From an uncultured archaeon (GTDB lineage: Archaea > Asgardarchaeota > Thorarchaeia > Thorarchaeales > Thorarchaeaceae), in the NCBI GenBank assembly GCA_964458565.1, contig CAYWJO010000002.1, positions 64,001 through 128,000 on the forward strand: 64,000 bases of DNA. Direction: 5' to 3'. The notes beneath the pieces are model-generated. The model was given only the letters and a program-made list of their open reading frames with translations, had not been told where the DNA came from and ran no database searches. The position numbers were made by a program, and so were the translations under genes. Positions within the stretch are counted from its first letter, which is position 1. Each line of letters starts with the position of its first letter. This document shows, one piece after another, positions 48,920 to 59,844 of this stretch.

Positions 48920-50783
48920 TCAAGACTATGCATCAAAAGATCTGAAACGACGCCCACGCAAGAGTTTCTTAGTCTTACTCTCACTTTCTACAGTCATTGC
49001 TGCAACAACATTCCTATTTCTTTTCTCTAATACTCTCTTAGATGTGAGTCTTTTCATAACATCATCTGGTCCATTGTCATCATTAGCTATCTTCTATGAG
49101 TCCTTCATATGGGCAATTCTTCTCCTATCAACTGTCTTGGGTCTAGTTGTAGTTTCAAGTACGATATCCCTTGAGATGACTAGTCGAAGAAGAGATATCG
49201 CTCTGATGAAATCAATCGGGACGACTACCGATAGGCTTTATGATCACTTCATCGCGCAAGCATTAATCTTGCTTCTTGGAGGCTTGGTTATTGGAGTTGC
49301 AATTGGTACCGTAATTCATATGTTGGGGCTTCTCTGGTTATCATCACTTCTTGTGGATCTCTCATTCACTTTCGTCTTTCCTTGGTTACAAATAGGAGTT
49401 ATCAGTTTAATCTACCTCATAGCTGGTTATTTTGCTGCACAGAAACCCGTATTTGATACCATAAACGAATCCCCCATAAAATCTCTTAACCCTGATGTTG
49501 GAATGAAAATAAGCCGGAGTGGATTTTTTGATAGTTTTGGTCTTTACGTTCGAATAGCCACAAGAGCAACAGGACGACGCATTCAGGGCACTCGGCGCAC
49601 AATGTTATCTATCTTCTTGAGCATTGTATTAGCATCAATCCTTCTTATTGGAGGTGGTATCGTTGAAACTACAACGAATACCTATCTTACTCGCGCCATG
49701 GGGTCCAACATTATTGCTATAGGAAACCCTGATCTCATTGACCAATACTATGGTGCCTATTCGCTTAACGGTGAGAACGTGAATAGTTCTTTTGATTTCT
49801 TGGATTCAGAAGACATCCTACCAGCAACCCTCATTGAGGATATTGCTTCACGAAATATTGTCGCACAATACGAACAACGTCTTGTGGACTATACTTCTGT
49901 GGAGGAACTACCTGCAATAATATGGATTGAAGATCCCGTAAATCCCGAAGAAGGTTATTACACATCAGTAGGCGGACATAGAACAACCCCCACCCTGATT
50001 GTTGGTGTAGATATGCGTAACTCCATTTCTGATTGGTACTATGAAGGGACTTCATTGACAAATGAGCTTGATGCATGGATTGGTGGGCAACTAGCAAGTG
50101 ATATCTTTGATGATCCACTTATTCAAAAAATGGAAGTATATGGCGTATCTCTTAATGTTTCAAGAATCGCATTTGATGTTTTAAACAGTGGAAATCTAGC
50201 TATCACAAGCTATGTTACTATGAGAACTGCTCTTGGGGTTGATGGTCCAAATCTTCTACTAGTGCAATTAGAAGAGTATAGCTCTTTCAATATCCAGCAG
50301 ATTAAATCTATTGTTGATTCTAGTGGTCTAAATCTTGCTGTGTTTGAACAGCAGGACCTATTGGAACAAAATCAAGTAGTTGTAGCATCACTTTGGGCAC
50401 TTCTGCTACCTCTACCTGTAATGGCCCTAGTCAGCGCATTTCTCGGATTGATGAACTATCTACTCGTTTCAGTCTTTGGCCGATTCAATGATTATGTAAT
50501 AATGCGTTCAATAGGTGCAAAACCGTCGTTCATTGCAAAATGTATGATTACTGAAGGTGTTGATATGGGTACAAGGGCTGGCATTCCTGCGATCATTGTT
50601 GGAACAATATTCAGTGCATTTCTGTTAGTCCCCGAAGCAGCACTTCCGTCCATTCTATTCCTTCCTGTGACAATTATGGCTATGATTCTTATAATGCTCG
50701 GAGTTGTTATACTTGCAGCTGTACCTGTCTATCTGATTTTCTCAAGTAAATCGGATTTACGTGTATCAGAATTTCAAATCTAA
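48906..50783 (+). CDS. FtsX/MacB-like ABC permease
   Basis: RRRDIALMKSIG and IMRSIGAK repeats, with a large extracellular domain. Confidence 0.85.
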   Translation: MEMTDQDYASKDLKRRPRKSFLVLLSLSTVIAATTFLFLFSNTLLDVSLFITSSGPLSSLAIFYESFIWAILLLSTVLGLVVVSSTISLEMTSRRRDIALMKSIGTTTDRLYDHFIAQALILLLGGLVIGVAIGTVIHMLGLLWLSSLLVDLSFTFVFPWLQIGVISLIYLIAGYFAAQKPVFDTINESPIKSLNPDVGMKISRSGFFDSFGLYVRIATRATGRRIQGTRRTMLSIFLSIVLASILLIGGGIVETTTNTYLTRAMGSNIIAIGNPDLIDQYYGAYSLNGENVNSSFDFLDSEDILPATLIEDIASRNIVAQYEQRLVDYTSVEELPAIIWIEDPVNPEEGYYTSVGGHRTTPTLIVGVDMRNSISDWYYEGTSLTNELDAWIGGQLASDIFDDPLIQKMEVYGVSLNVSRIAFDVLNSGNLAITSYVTMRTALGVDGPNLLLVQLEEYSSFNIQQIKSIVDSSGLNLAVFEQQDLLEQNQVVVASLWALLLPLPVMALVSAFLGLMNYLLVSVFGRFNDYVIMRSIGAKPSFIAKCMITEGVDMGTRAGIPAIIVGTIFSAFLLVPEAALPSILFLPVTIMAMILIMLGVVILAAVPVYLIFSSKSDLRVSEFQI

Positions 50784-50834
50784 ATACGGTAAGCTTCATT
50801 AGAGACGGCAGGGTTGCTGTTTCGTGTGAAGAGA

Positions 50835-52502
50835 ATGCCTGAAGAAACCACTGAAGATGAATTCTCAATTCATTGGATTCGAGATGTAGTTGATAGAGTA
50901 CTAGAACGTGAACCTGATGAATATCTAGTCGTAACTGGAAAGAGCATGAGCGGTAGTGTACATATTGGTTTCATGAAAGAAATCATTATAGCTGATACCA
51001 TCAAGCGGGAACTTCAGGCAATGGGACAACAAGCAAAGACAGTGTTTATTGCAGATGATTACGATCCAATACGTTCCTTCCCACCAAGTATGAACCTCTC
51101 TCCTGAAGAATGGATGGGTGTTCCATATTCTGATGCACCTGATCCATCTGGGTGTTGTGACAATTTAGGTGCGCATTATACGAATGAACTAATTGAAACA
51201 TTTCCAGATTTTGGAGTGGACCCTGAGATTGTATCACAGTCAAAACTCTACAAGACAAAAGAGATGCTCGATGCTGTTCGTATTTGTTTAAACCATACAG
51301 AAACAATCAGAGAGATTCTGATTGAATATGTGGCTCGCGACTTCGATGATACGCAGAAAGCTGAATACATCAATTCGATGAAGGACTGGTATCCTGCTTC
51401 GGTAATATGTCCAATTTGTGGGCGGCTACAGTCTGGTGGTAAGGGCTCTATAGTACCAAACCGAGTAACAGCGTATAATGTGGAGAGTGAAGAGGTTTCT
51501 TACGAGTGTGCACACTGTGGACATACTGAAACTACACATCTGGATAAACTCAGATTGAAACTATCTTGGAGAGTGGATTGGCCTGCGAAATGGTATGTAA
51601 TGAAAACCACATGTGAACCAGCTGGTAAGGATCACTCTGTAAAAGGTGGTTCCTATGATACTGGTCTAGAGATATCTAGACGTGTCTTTGGTTGGTCTGG
51701 ACCAGTTAAGGTGCCTTTTGAGTGGGTTCGTTTTGGGGGCCACGATATGGGTACGTCCAAAGGAGTTGTCTTTACTCCACGAGCATGGTTGAATGTTGCA
51801 CCGCCCGAGTTGTTCAGATATATGGTACTTAGAACAGACCTCGAACGAGCAAACAATATCCAAACAGATTTAATTCCGGATTTAGTTGACATCTATGAAA
51901 CATTTGAACGGACTTACTATGGACTTGATGATGTTGATAATGCAACACAGGAACTAACAAGATTGCTCTATCCATTGACTGTAGTCCGTCCAGTGAGTGA
52001 TGAATACATTCCCAAACTATCCTTTAAATTCGCAGTAGTGACATCACAGCTCCAAGGGATTTTGAATAGAGATGAAATTTTGGAACGCTGTTATGACGTC
52101 CTGAAAAAGCAATATAATCTGACTGAGGTTACGTCTGAAGCAAAGGCATTGATACCTAAAAGATTAGAGAGATCTTTAGGTTGGGCCAAGGAATTTGGTA
52201 GTGAACAGGATACAGTCGAAGTTCCGGAAACTGTCCCTGCTGATATTCTCTCGACATTTACAGACAAGGACCGGCTGTTTTTATCAAAACTAGTTGAAAC
52301 CCTTCGAATCGAGTCACTAGATGAGGATGGTATTCAATCATCCATCTTCAATATTGCTAGGGATATCGGTATCAAGCCAAAACGGGCATTCCAGGTGTTA
52401 TATAACATCCTTATCTCAAGGAAATCTGGACCTCGACTAGGTCCATTCATTATCACTCTTGGTACTGATTGGGTGGTTGATCGAATCTCAAGTATTTTGT
52501 AG
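50835..52502 (+). CDS. lysS: Class I lysyl-tRNA synthetase
   Basis: SG.VHIG, DD.DP.R.FP, KLSWRVDWPAKW, EPAGKDH...GGSY, MGTSKG, GPRLG. Confidence 0.95.
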   Translation: MPEETTEDEFSIHWIRDVVDRVLEREPDEYLVVTGKSMSGSVHIGFMKEIIIADTIKRELQAMGQQAKTVFIADDYDPIRSFPPSMNLSPEEWMGVPYSDAPDPSGCCDNLGAHYTNELIETFPDFGVDPEIVSQSKLYKTKEMLDAVRICLNHTETIREILIEYVARDFDDTQKAEYINSMKDWYPASVICPICGRLQSGGKGSIVPNRVTAYNVESEEVSYECAHCGHTETTHLDKLRLKLSWRVDWPAKWYVMKTTCEPAGKDHSVKGGSYDTGLEISRRVFGWSGPVKVPFEWVRFGGHDMGTSKGVVFTPRAWLNVAPPELFRYMVLRTDLERANNIQTDLIPDLVDIYETFERTYYGLDDVDNATQELTRLLYPLTVVRPVSDEYIPKLSFKFAVVTSQLQGILNRDEILERCYDVLKKQYNLTEVTSEAKALIPKRLERSLGWAKEFGSEQDTVEVPETVPADILSTFTDKDRLFLSKLVETLRIESLDEDGIQSSIFNIARDIGIKPKRAFQVLYNILISRKSGPRLGPFIITLGTDWVVDRISSIL

Positions 52503-52559
52503 CTTGATGACCATGTTTATTAGACCTACCAATTTCGCTCGGCAAGCCACATAGGAACT

Positions 52560-53261
52560 GTGAATGAAATGTTGGGAAAATTCAGAGAGCAATATCAGAA
52601 GATGATGGCACCAGTAGGAAAGGTACTGGCTAGAACTGGATTCACACCAAATATGATCACAGGCCTTACTTTAATTGTGGCTATCTTAACTGCTTACATC
52701 TTCGCTATAGGACAGTTACTAATTGGGCTCTTTACTATGATTCTAACAGTAGTACTTGACATGTTCGACGGTGCAGTAGCAAGAGCAGCAAATCTTGCTT
52801 CACCATTTGGTGCAACATTCGACCATACCTTGGATAGATACGCAGAATTCTTCTTCATGTTGGGATTGATGTTGGGTCCACTTGGTGCAACCGAAACTTA
52901 CGTCCACTGGTTTTGGGGATATTTCACACTTTTCGGAATGATAATGGCTAGTTTTGCACGTGCAAAAGCGGAATCTGTTGGTGGCATGGAAAATTGCGCT
53001 GTTGGTATTGCAGAGCGACAAGAGAAGCTCATCCTTACGATAATCGGTATCCTTCTCTTGGGTATTCCCACTACAAACATTTGGTTGGATTTCTTGAACC
53101 TGATATCTGCAGATTTAGCAACTTTCTTTGTGAGTATTGGAATCTATAACATTTTGATTGTATTCACAATTATTGCAGGTATTTTATCTCATATCACAGT
53201 AGCACAACGTTTAGCTTATGCCAACAAGATGATACCCCGCCTACAAGTGACTAAGGAATAA
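52560..53261 (+). CDS. CDP-alcohol phosphatidyltransferase (archaetidylinositol phosphate synthase-like)
   Basis: TPNMIT, DMFDGAVAR, FGATFDHTLDRY, RAKAES, GIAERQE. Confidence 0.88.
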   Translation: MNEMLGKFREQYQKMMAPVGKVLARTGFTPNMITGLTLIVAILTAYIFAIGQLLIGLFTMILTVVLDMFDGAVARAANLASPFGATFDHTLDRYAEFFFMLGLMLGPLGATETYVHWFWGYFTLFGMIMASFARAKAESVGGMENCAVGIAERQEKLILTIIGILLLGIPTTNIWLDFLNLISADLATFFVSIGIYNILIVFTIIAGILSHITVAQRLAYANKMIPRLQVTKE

Positions 53262-53269
53262 AACAATCA

Positions 53270-53617
53270 TTAATCTGTAAGATCGAACACCAATTCAAGT
53301 GTTTTATGAATAAATTGTTTTGCCTCACTCATGGCTTCTTTGCCTTTCTCCGTTATCGCATAGTACTTCCTGGGAGAATCACTGCCTTGTTGCTCTTCAA
53401 TTAGACCATCATTTCGTAGTCGGTATATTATCGCATAACCACTCACAGTTGCAGGTTTAAACCCAAACCTTTCAATGATTAGTTGTTTTATCTCGTATCC
53501 GTAGTGTGGTCTTTCCTGTAATAATCTCAGAATATAGATCCATAACATGTCCTTTGTTAGATTCTTGTTCAATCTATGGACGGCTTTTGATGTTCTTTCA
53601 TCATCTTCTACAGACAT
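53270..53617 (-). CDS. PadR-family regulator
   Basis: ILRLL.ERPHYGYEI, RKYYAITEKG. Confidence 0.9.
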   Translation of the reverse strand: MSVEDDERTSKAVHRLNKNLTKDMLWIYILRLLQERPHYGYEIKQLIIERFGFKPATVSGYAIIYRLRNDGLIEEQQGSDSPRKYYAITEKGKEAMSEAKQFIHKTLELVFDLTD

Positions 53618-54201
53618 TAGGTAATCAACCTCTCAAGTTGGGCTATAACCAATGCTATGCAGTGGCTACCTAGATAGCTCGTATCTCCAAGTGACATAGA
53701 AGGAATCTGGTATTTCTTGATTACTTCATATGCGTATGAATCGAAACCTCGATTGTTTCCTAACATAAAACTGTTCTGAGAGTGAGAAATCCTGTTTAAA
53801 ATCCCCTTGAAACTAACTCCTTCCTCATCCATGACCCAAATATCTGAGATCCTTCGTATCCGCTTCACTAAGGTATCCAGATTCTCATAAGTCTTTGAGA
53901 TAAATGGACATGATCCCTCTTGAAGTACATTCGATATTTCTTTAGCCCATCCAACCTCCCCTAGTGGCATGTCTTTATGAGATGTGAAAGTGAGAGAAAG
54001 TTCGTTACTAAGAATAGCTACAATCTCCAAGGTATTGTTATTCAAGATATTAGGACCCCATTTAAAACAAGCATCTAGACATCTACAAAGAATGTCAATA
54101 CGCTTTCCGGAACCTGGAAGGTCTTTTAGAATGAACTTGCCAGATGTAGGTAAATTTGGAAATATCAAGATGAATCGGATAAGGTTTGATTGTCGCGGCA
54201 T
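53617..54201 (-). CDS. trmY: tRNA (pseudouridine54-N1)-methyltransferase (SPOUT)
   Basis: F.LKDLPGSGKRIDILCRC, FMLG...GF, SLG...YLGSHCI. Confidence 0.85.
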   Translation of the reverse strand: MPRQSNLIRFILIFPNLPTSGKFILKDLPGSGKRIDILCRCLDACFKWGPNILNNNTLEIVAILSNELSLTFTSHKDMPLGEVGWAKEISNVLQEGSCPFISKTYENLDTLVKRIRRISDIWVMDEEGVSFKGILNRISHSQNSFMLGNNRGFDSYAYEVIKKYQIPSMSLGDTSYLGSHCIALVIAQLERLIT

Positions 54202-54277
54202 TTAGAGAACCAGCTATGGTGGTTACAAGGCAATAAATTGAAAATCCAAGATGAATTCTAACATTGTCTGTTTGAAA

Positions 54278-54550
54278 TTAACGTCTATCTCGTCTTTCTG
54301 ATGCTTGTCGAATCTGGACTCTGCCAGAGTGGACTGCACAACTAACGCAATAATATTGAGTCAGACGTCGCGAATGGATAAATGAACCTTGTTGCCTGAG
54401 TTCTCTTGCTAATTGTGGATCAACAGGTGAAACTCGTTTTGTGAATTTCTTGGCCTTATCAGCTGGAACCATTGAGCCACATCTGGAGCACTGTACTGAT
54501 CCTGTCTTTCCGGACTTGCTTCGTCCACCAGACTTTCTTTTCTTTGCCAC
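54278..54550 (-). CDS. rps26e: Ribosomal protein eS26
   Basis: KKRKSGGR.K, VQC.RCG..VP.DKAKK, YCVSCAVH. Confidence 0.95.
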   Translation of the reverse strand: MAKKRKSGGRSKSGKTGSVQCSRCGSMVPADKAKKFTKRVSPVDPQLARELRQQGSFIHSRRLTQYYCVSCAVHSGRVQIRQASERRDRR

Positions 54551-54625
54551 TTAATCTTGCCACCTTATCGGTTGGACTGGCCAACTCGGGTACGCTTAAA
54601 ACATTGTTCATGAGTGAGTTAAAAA

Positions 54626-55711
54626 CTACCAATATGTGTTGACTGTTTCAAAAACGCGAGCAATAGCCTCATGATTTGCATCTATAATTGGTTCAGGTGT
54701 AACTCTCTCTATTTGATCTTCCATCACTTGAAGTGGTTTTCCAAGGAGGCCGTCCATACTCGCTTCTATTGATGGTCCTATCATTAGAGGATTATAACCT
54801 CCCTCCAATATCCAGAATGAGCCTTTCGCTTTTGTTGACTCGACGAGGGAACGTACGGTTTTTCCAATATACCAGAAGGTTGTCGTATCTACAGCCATAT
54901 TTCCCACAGGATCTGCATAATGGGCATCGTATCCTGCTGAGATGGCAATTACTTCTGGATCGAAGCTTTTTACTGATGGAATCACAATTTCATCAATGGC
55001 CGCCTTATATGATTCATCTGGAGCTCCATCAACAAGCGGTATATTGATGTTAGTCCCCTCTCCTTCACCATGACCTATCTCCTCGTAGTGTCCTTGTCCG
55101 AAGTTTTCATAATCATACTCATGAAGTGATATGTATTGCACATTCGGATTTGAGTAGAAAATCTCTGCAGTACCATTCCCAAAATGATCATCGAAATCGA
55201 TAATTGATACTTTCTCCACACCCAGATGTCTTCTAGCAAATTCAACTGCAATTGCAATATTGTTGAAATAACAGAGCCCCATTGGGTTTGATGTTGATGC
55301 ATGATGACCTGGGGGGCGCATTAAGGTGAATGTGTTGATTTCCTTACCTTTTACGACTGACTCGACCGCTTGTAACGCACCTCCAACTGTGTAAATTGCT
55401 GAACGCATAAGGTCCGGGCTTGCATATGCTGCATCTCCTACCTCACCGCTACCCAACTCTGACATCAGTTTAACTGAGTCCAGAAGATATGGGGAATGAA
55501 CAAGCAAGATATCCTCCTCTCTTGCCTTTCTCGCTTGAATCAATGTTTCTTCAGTAATCATGCCCTTTCTTCGAAGGTGTTTCTCCGCCATTTGAACTCG
55601 TAGTGCACTATCAAATGACTCCAGATTCGGTTTCGGAAATGGTTGATAGTGAAGTAGAGATTTTTCGCTCAAAATGAATTTTAGATTATTTATTTTCATG
55701 ACAATCACCAC
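54626..55711 (-). CDS. Histone deacetylase family protein
   Basis: RPPGHHA, G.CYFNNIA, DFDDHFGNGT, SAGYDAH..DP, LEGGY. Confidence 0.92.
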   Translation of the reverse strand: MVIVMKINNLKFILSEKSLLHYQPFPKPNLESFDSALRVQMAEKHLRRKGMITEETLIQARKAREEDILLVHSPYLLDSVKLMSELGSGEVGDAAYASPDLMRSAIYTVGGALQAVESVVKGKEINTFTLMRPPGHHASTSNPMGLCYFNNIAIAVEFARRHLGVEKVSIIDFDDHFGNGTAEIFYSNPNVQYISLHEYDYENFGQGHYEEIGHGEGEGTNINIPLVDGAPDESYKAAIDEIVIPSVKSFDPEVIAISAGYDAHYADPVGNMAVDTTTFWYIGKTVRSLVESTKAKGSFWILEGGYNPLMIGPSIEASMDGLLGKPLQVMEDQIERVTPEPIIDANHEAIARVFETVNTYW

Positions 55712-57189
55712 ATATCATTAAGTGACTCCTTAAGTTGCGCCCATTCCTGAGGTCTGAATTCGGTTTCAATCTGAAGGATATATCGTGTTAATATGTTGAG
55801 GATTTTAAGGGAAGTATCATCATTCTTAATTCTTGATATTCCTTGAATTGGGTTTTCTTTCAGAATGCTTTCAATCATCTTGTTAGGATCCACCCATTCC
55901 CTTCTTCTAGTAACCCAATAATAACCATCTCTTTCAAATACTGAATCATGTGACTGTTTGAAACTCTCAACTGCATCAACCAAATTGGAGGGAGGTCCTT
56001 TTTGGTCATAATATTGAGATATCTCTGCTTTTTCAAATAGGAACCCGAGTGTGAAAATATCTCTATCAAGCATAACTTCTGTGATTATTCTGCCAAATCG
56101 TGTTTCTCCGGTTGATTCTTTTTCAAGTTTATATCTTATTTTTCTCGCTAAACTTTGTAATTTGTCACGTAGAATTGTATAATGCTTGAGACCATCATCA
56201 GCGAATACAAATGATGAAGTATATGGAACAAGAGCCTCTGGAAGGGGATATTTTGGAATTGGTTGCTCAAGAATCAATTCTTTGGCATGTTTAAGGTCTC
56301 TATTACTTATTCTCTGAAGAAGTTCTTGTGCTCTATGTCTTGTCCATTGGTATGCGCGTAGGTCAATACTTGATGCAACATTTCTATTTGTATCCGTGGG
56401 GTCAATTATGAATATCTCATTATCTTGGAATTTGATTGTCTGGTTCAAGTCCTTCTGTGTTCGTCGCTTAGAATCAAGAGGCTTCGTGTTGAGATCTATC
56501 AAAATCTGGAGTGCTTCGTTGAAATCATCCGATTGTAATGTAATTATCTCAAGGGAATATCCCGGGAATCCCATCCATCCAATTGTTGGCATGTCGCCAT
56601 AAGTGTAACAAGCTCTTACGAAAGATTTCAGAATCCGTGCATCATCTCTCTTTTTTGAGTCTATTCTACCACTTACATATCTTGAGTGATGGACAGTCCT
56701 ATCTACTGCAGTAATAGGACCGTTAGTTCTTAGTTCATCATCTGAAATATCAAAACATCCCACAATGTCAACATCAATATTCTTTATGTTCATAGACAAA
56801 TAGGGGTGTTGAGAATATGTCTTCTGAATGTTTTCACATTTTAGTCGATTAGCCACTTCTATAAACCACGAATCTACTAATTCACTGAAGAGACTATCAA
56901 TCGTCTTCCTACGTTCTTTTATTGGTTGATGTAAAATTTCGTTATACGATTGTGGACGCAATGCAACAAAAATATCAATATCTGCAGCATTCCTCAACTG
57001 GGTCTGTTTCATTCCTGTGGAACCTTGAGCCTCAATAAACGAATAGTCCTGTTCTATCTCGTTGGCTCTATCAATCAATTCTTTTGTTACTTTCTCAATG
57101 ATGGATTGCTGAGTTTCAATCTCGTACTGAGTTGGTTTGATAAGAGATAAAATCACCTCCCTCAGATCATTGAGAATCTCTTCCATCAT
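55705..57189 (-). CDS. cca: Archaeal class I CCA-adding enzyme
   Basis: QGST...T.L...DIDIF, YSQHPY, DVDIV.C, ITAVDRT.HH, GF.GY..E, IDPTD.NRNVAS. Confidence 0.88.
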   Translation of the reverse strand: MMEEILNDLREVILSLIKPTQYEIETQQSIIEKVTKELIDRANEIEQDYSFIEAQGSTGMKQTQLRNAADIDIFVALRPQSYNEILHQPIKERRKTIDSLFSELVDSWFIEVANRLKCENIQKTYSQHPYLSMNIKNIDVDIVGCFDISDDELRTNGPITAVDRTVHHSRYVSGRIDSKKRDDARILKSFVRACYTYGDMPTIGWMGFPGYSLEIITLQSDDFNEALQILIDLNTKPLDSKRRTQKDLNQTIKFQDNEIFIIDPTDTNRNVASSIDLRAYQWTRHRAQELLQRISNRDLKHAKELILEQPIPKYPLPEALVPYTSSFVFADDGLKHYTILRDKLQSLARKIRYKLEKESTGETRFGRIITEVMLDRDIFTLGFLFEKAEISQYYDQKGPPSNLVDAVESFKQSHDSVFERDGYYWVTRRREWVDPNKMIESILKENPIQGISRIKNDDTSLKILNILTRYILQIETEFRPQEWAQLKESLNDMW

Positions 57190-57292
57190 TCATCACATCA
57201 ATGATTGTATATATTTACTAAGATATCTTGTCTCCCCTCAGCCTTAAATCCATGTCATTGATGGTTTACTTGGATAAATCGAGGTAACACCT

Positions 57293-57778
57293 GTGCAATC
57301 GCTGATACCAATTGTAATTACAATATTAAGAAAGGATGAAAAGTATCTCTTCATCAAGCGTTCAAAACCTCCGTACGAGAATCTCTGGAGTCTAGTAGGA
57401 GGAAAGCTGGAAGTAGGAGAGCACGTTACTAAAGCGGCTGTTCGTGAGGTAAAAGAAGAAACAGGTGCCGAACAAATTTTAAACTATGATATTCGTGGTT
57501 TTGTGTCAGAACGCCTTGTTGATACAAAAGACAATCTGATTGCTCACTTCTTGATTTATGTTGGTTATGCAGAGATTGGATTCTTTAAAGGTTCACATCG
57601 AGAGGGCGAACTCGCATTATTCACCTATGATGAGATCGGGGATAGGTCTGATCAGTTTCTACCCTCTGATCTAGAAATGTTCTCGCAATTTCATAAACTT
57701 CCATTGGAACATATATTCTTTGAAGCAGAATTAGTCAGTGATGATGGTTATCATCTGAAGTATTTCAGAAGGTCTTAG
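57293..57778 (+). CDS. NUDIX hydrolase
   Basis: GGKLEVGE....AAVREVKEETG. Confidence 0.88.
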   Translation: MQSLIPIVITILRKDEKYLFIKRSKPPYENLWSLVGGKLEVGEHVTKAAVREVKEETGAEQILNYDIRGFVSERLVDTKDNLIAHFLIYVGYAEIGFFKGSHREGELALFTYDEIGDRSDQFLPSDLEMFSQFHKLPLEHIFFEAELVSDDGYHLKYFRRS

Positions 57779-57779
57779 A

Positions 57780-58757
57780 TTGAAGATTGGAGATATCGAG
57801 ATTACACCGTTAGCAGCTGAAAGCATGGGTGTTCGCTCTCTCTGTACAAAAATAACAACCCCGAATGTGAATATTCTCTTTGACCCTTCTGCAGCACTTG
57901 CGATGAGATTTAGACTTGAACCACACCCGATGGAATATCGTATTCTTCTAAAAACTCTGGAAAGGATCTTTGTGGCTGCAAGAAACGCAGACATTCTATC
58001 ATTCTCGCATTACCACTTTGACCATATACGACCGGGATTCACTAATTTTCGATACAACTTCAGTTCCTTAGAAGAATTACAAAGAATGGTTGAAGGAAAA
58101 CACGTTATCGCAAAAGATTTCCGTGAGAATATCAATCCATCACAGCGTCGTCGAGGTTTTTATTTCGAGAAGGACATAAAGGAATCTGCTGATAGAATCC
58201 AATGGGCCGATAATCTTCAGCTGAAATTCGATGATACAACTATAACATATTCTGCACCTCTTCCCCATGGTGCCGAGGGTTCCAGATTAGGTTTTATTGT
58301 TGCTACAACAGTGGAGTACTCAGAAAACAAGGTGGTTTTTTGTCCCGACGTTCAAGGTCCTATAGTTGAGGATACCTTGAAATATCTACTAGGAATAAAT
58401 CCTGATCTACTCATCATTGGTGGCCCACCTCTTTACATAAGTCAATTTCCAGTTTCCGATCAACACAAAGCTCTCGCTTCTCTCACATTACTTGTGCAAT
58501 GCATTCCGGTGGTTGTGGTTGATCATCACTTGATGCGGTCTGAGAACTGGGAAGTATGGTTAAATCCGGTTTACAAACAAGCTTCTGAGAGTAATAATCG
58601 GTTACTTACTATGGCTGAACTCAAGGAGGATATCAATCAGTGTCTAGAAGCAAATCGACAACACCTATACAGTGATTTTCCTCCTGGGGACGATTTTATG
58701 AATTGGATACGGAGCACTGACGAATATAAGATGCAAAACAAACCGCCTCTCAAATAG
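57780..58757 (+). CDS. UPF0282 metallo-beta-lactamase-fold hydrolase
   Basis: PLAAESMGVRS, DPSAAL, SHYHFDH, IN.SQRRR, PHG, DVQGP, GGPP.Y, DHHL.R. Confidence 0.88.
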   Translation: MKIGDIEITPLAAESMGVRSLCTKITTPNVNILFDPSAALAMRFRLEPHPMEYRILLKTLERIFVAARNADILSFSHYHFDHIRPGFTNFRYNFSSLEELQRMVEGKHVIAKDFRENINPSQRRRGFYFEKDIKESADRIQWADNLQLKFDDTTITYSAPLPHGAEGSRLGFIVATTVEYSENKVVFCPDVQGPIVEDTLKYLLGINPDLLIIGGPPLYISQFPVSDQHKALASLTLLVQCIPVVVVDHHLMRSENWEVWLNPVYKQASESNNRLLTMAELKEDINQCLEANRQHLYSDFPPGDDFMNWIRSTDEYKMQNKPPLK

Positions 58758-58939
58758 TGGAGATTAAGTATTGATACCAATGTACTACAAAGTGTAATAT
58801 GAAATATTTCTGGATTTTTAATAGGATACAATTGCCATATGGGTTGATGAGATACCCACAGCAAAGTATCTAATACAAATTCGAGAAATAAATGTGAAAC
58901 TAAACCACATTTAATATCGTTATATACGTTGGAATAGGA

Positions 58940-59515
58940 TTGAACACAATGATGGTTGGAAGCGAGAAGAAAAAGTCTTCTGATGATGAAGGTAACTCCA
59001 CACGTGACCTTCTAGATCGCTTCAAGAGTGCCATATCCGAAGCCAATGAACTTCTAGTTGATGAGAAATTCCAACAAGCTATGGCATTGTATTTCGATGC
59101 GAGTCAATCTGCCGACGAGATGTGTGAAAGATTTTTCACATTATTGATGAAAACCGCTCCCAGCAATGCACACCGTACTCTATTGGTCGAAGTTCTAAGC
59201 TGGAGAATCAGATATTTTACTGCACAGTATGATTACCACCTTTCTGTAGCTCAAACTCTTACAGGACTGCCTCGAGAAGAATGGATTGCTCGCTCCGAAA
59301 CCATTCTCATTCTTTCACAGACACTTGTTGATAAATTGCTTCCAACTCTTACCAACGTCGATGATCCAGCCATCCAGCATCGTGTTAGAGACCTATTAGC
59401 CGATTGGGTGAATGGAGTCCGAAAATTAGTTGAAAACCTGACCAATTGGGGGATGGCAAGCTCACAGGCAGCACGAGTTCTTGAATGGGCAATCGATAAT
59501 GGTCTAGAACAGTGA
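58940..59515 (+). CDS. Hypothetical all-alpha protein (MIT-like N-terminus possible)
   Basis: AISEANELLVDEKFQQAMALYFDA helix pattern. Confidence 0.55.
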   Translation: MNTMMVGSEKKKSSDDEGNSTRDLLDRFKSAISEANELLVDEKFQQAMALYFDASQSADEMCERFFTLLMKTAPSNAHRTLLVEVLSWRIRYFTAQYDYHLSVAQTLTGLPREEWIARSETILILSQTLVDKLLPTLTNVDDPAIQHRVRDLLADWVNGVRKLVENLTNWGMASSQAARVLEWAIDNGLEQ

Positions 59516-59516
59516 T

Positions 59517-59732
59517 TTAGTCCTTTTCTGAAGATTCTATAAAAGATATTGCAACTTCAGTATCTGCCAATTGGAAATGACTATCCACATAACAAACGAG
59601 ATAATGGTCTTTATGTTTGATGACAATGGGTGCCGGAAAGCGTTTGACTGTCTTGAGGGCTTCCTCTGGAACTTTCCAGTAGATTGTTTCTTTGCAGACT
59701 GGGCATTGAAGCCACTTAAGTCCTTCAGCCAT
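59517..59732 (-). CDS. Small putative zinc-binding protein (CxxC...HxxH...YVD)
   Basis: MAEGLKWLQCPVC...IKHKDHYLVCYVD; ATG at 59732. Confidence 0.6.
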   Translation of the reverse strand: MAEGLKWLQCPVCKETIYWKVPEEALKTVKRFPAPIVIKHKDHYLVCYVDSHFQLADTEVAISFIESSEKD

Positions 59733-59844
59733 CAACAGCACCTGTTTATAGTGGACGCATGCATTCTCTCGTGTTGGCAATCGTACTAAAAACGTTTGTG
59801 CAGATAAGCCTGCCTCGTGTTCCTATCATTTAAGACCTCAACTT

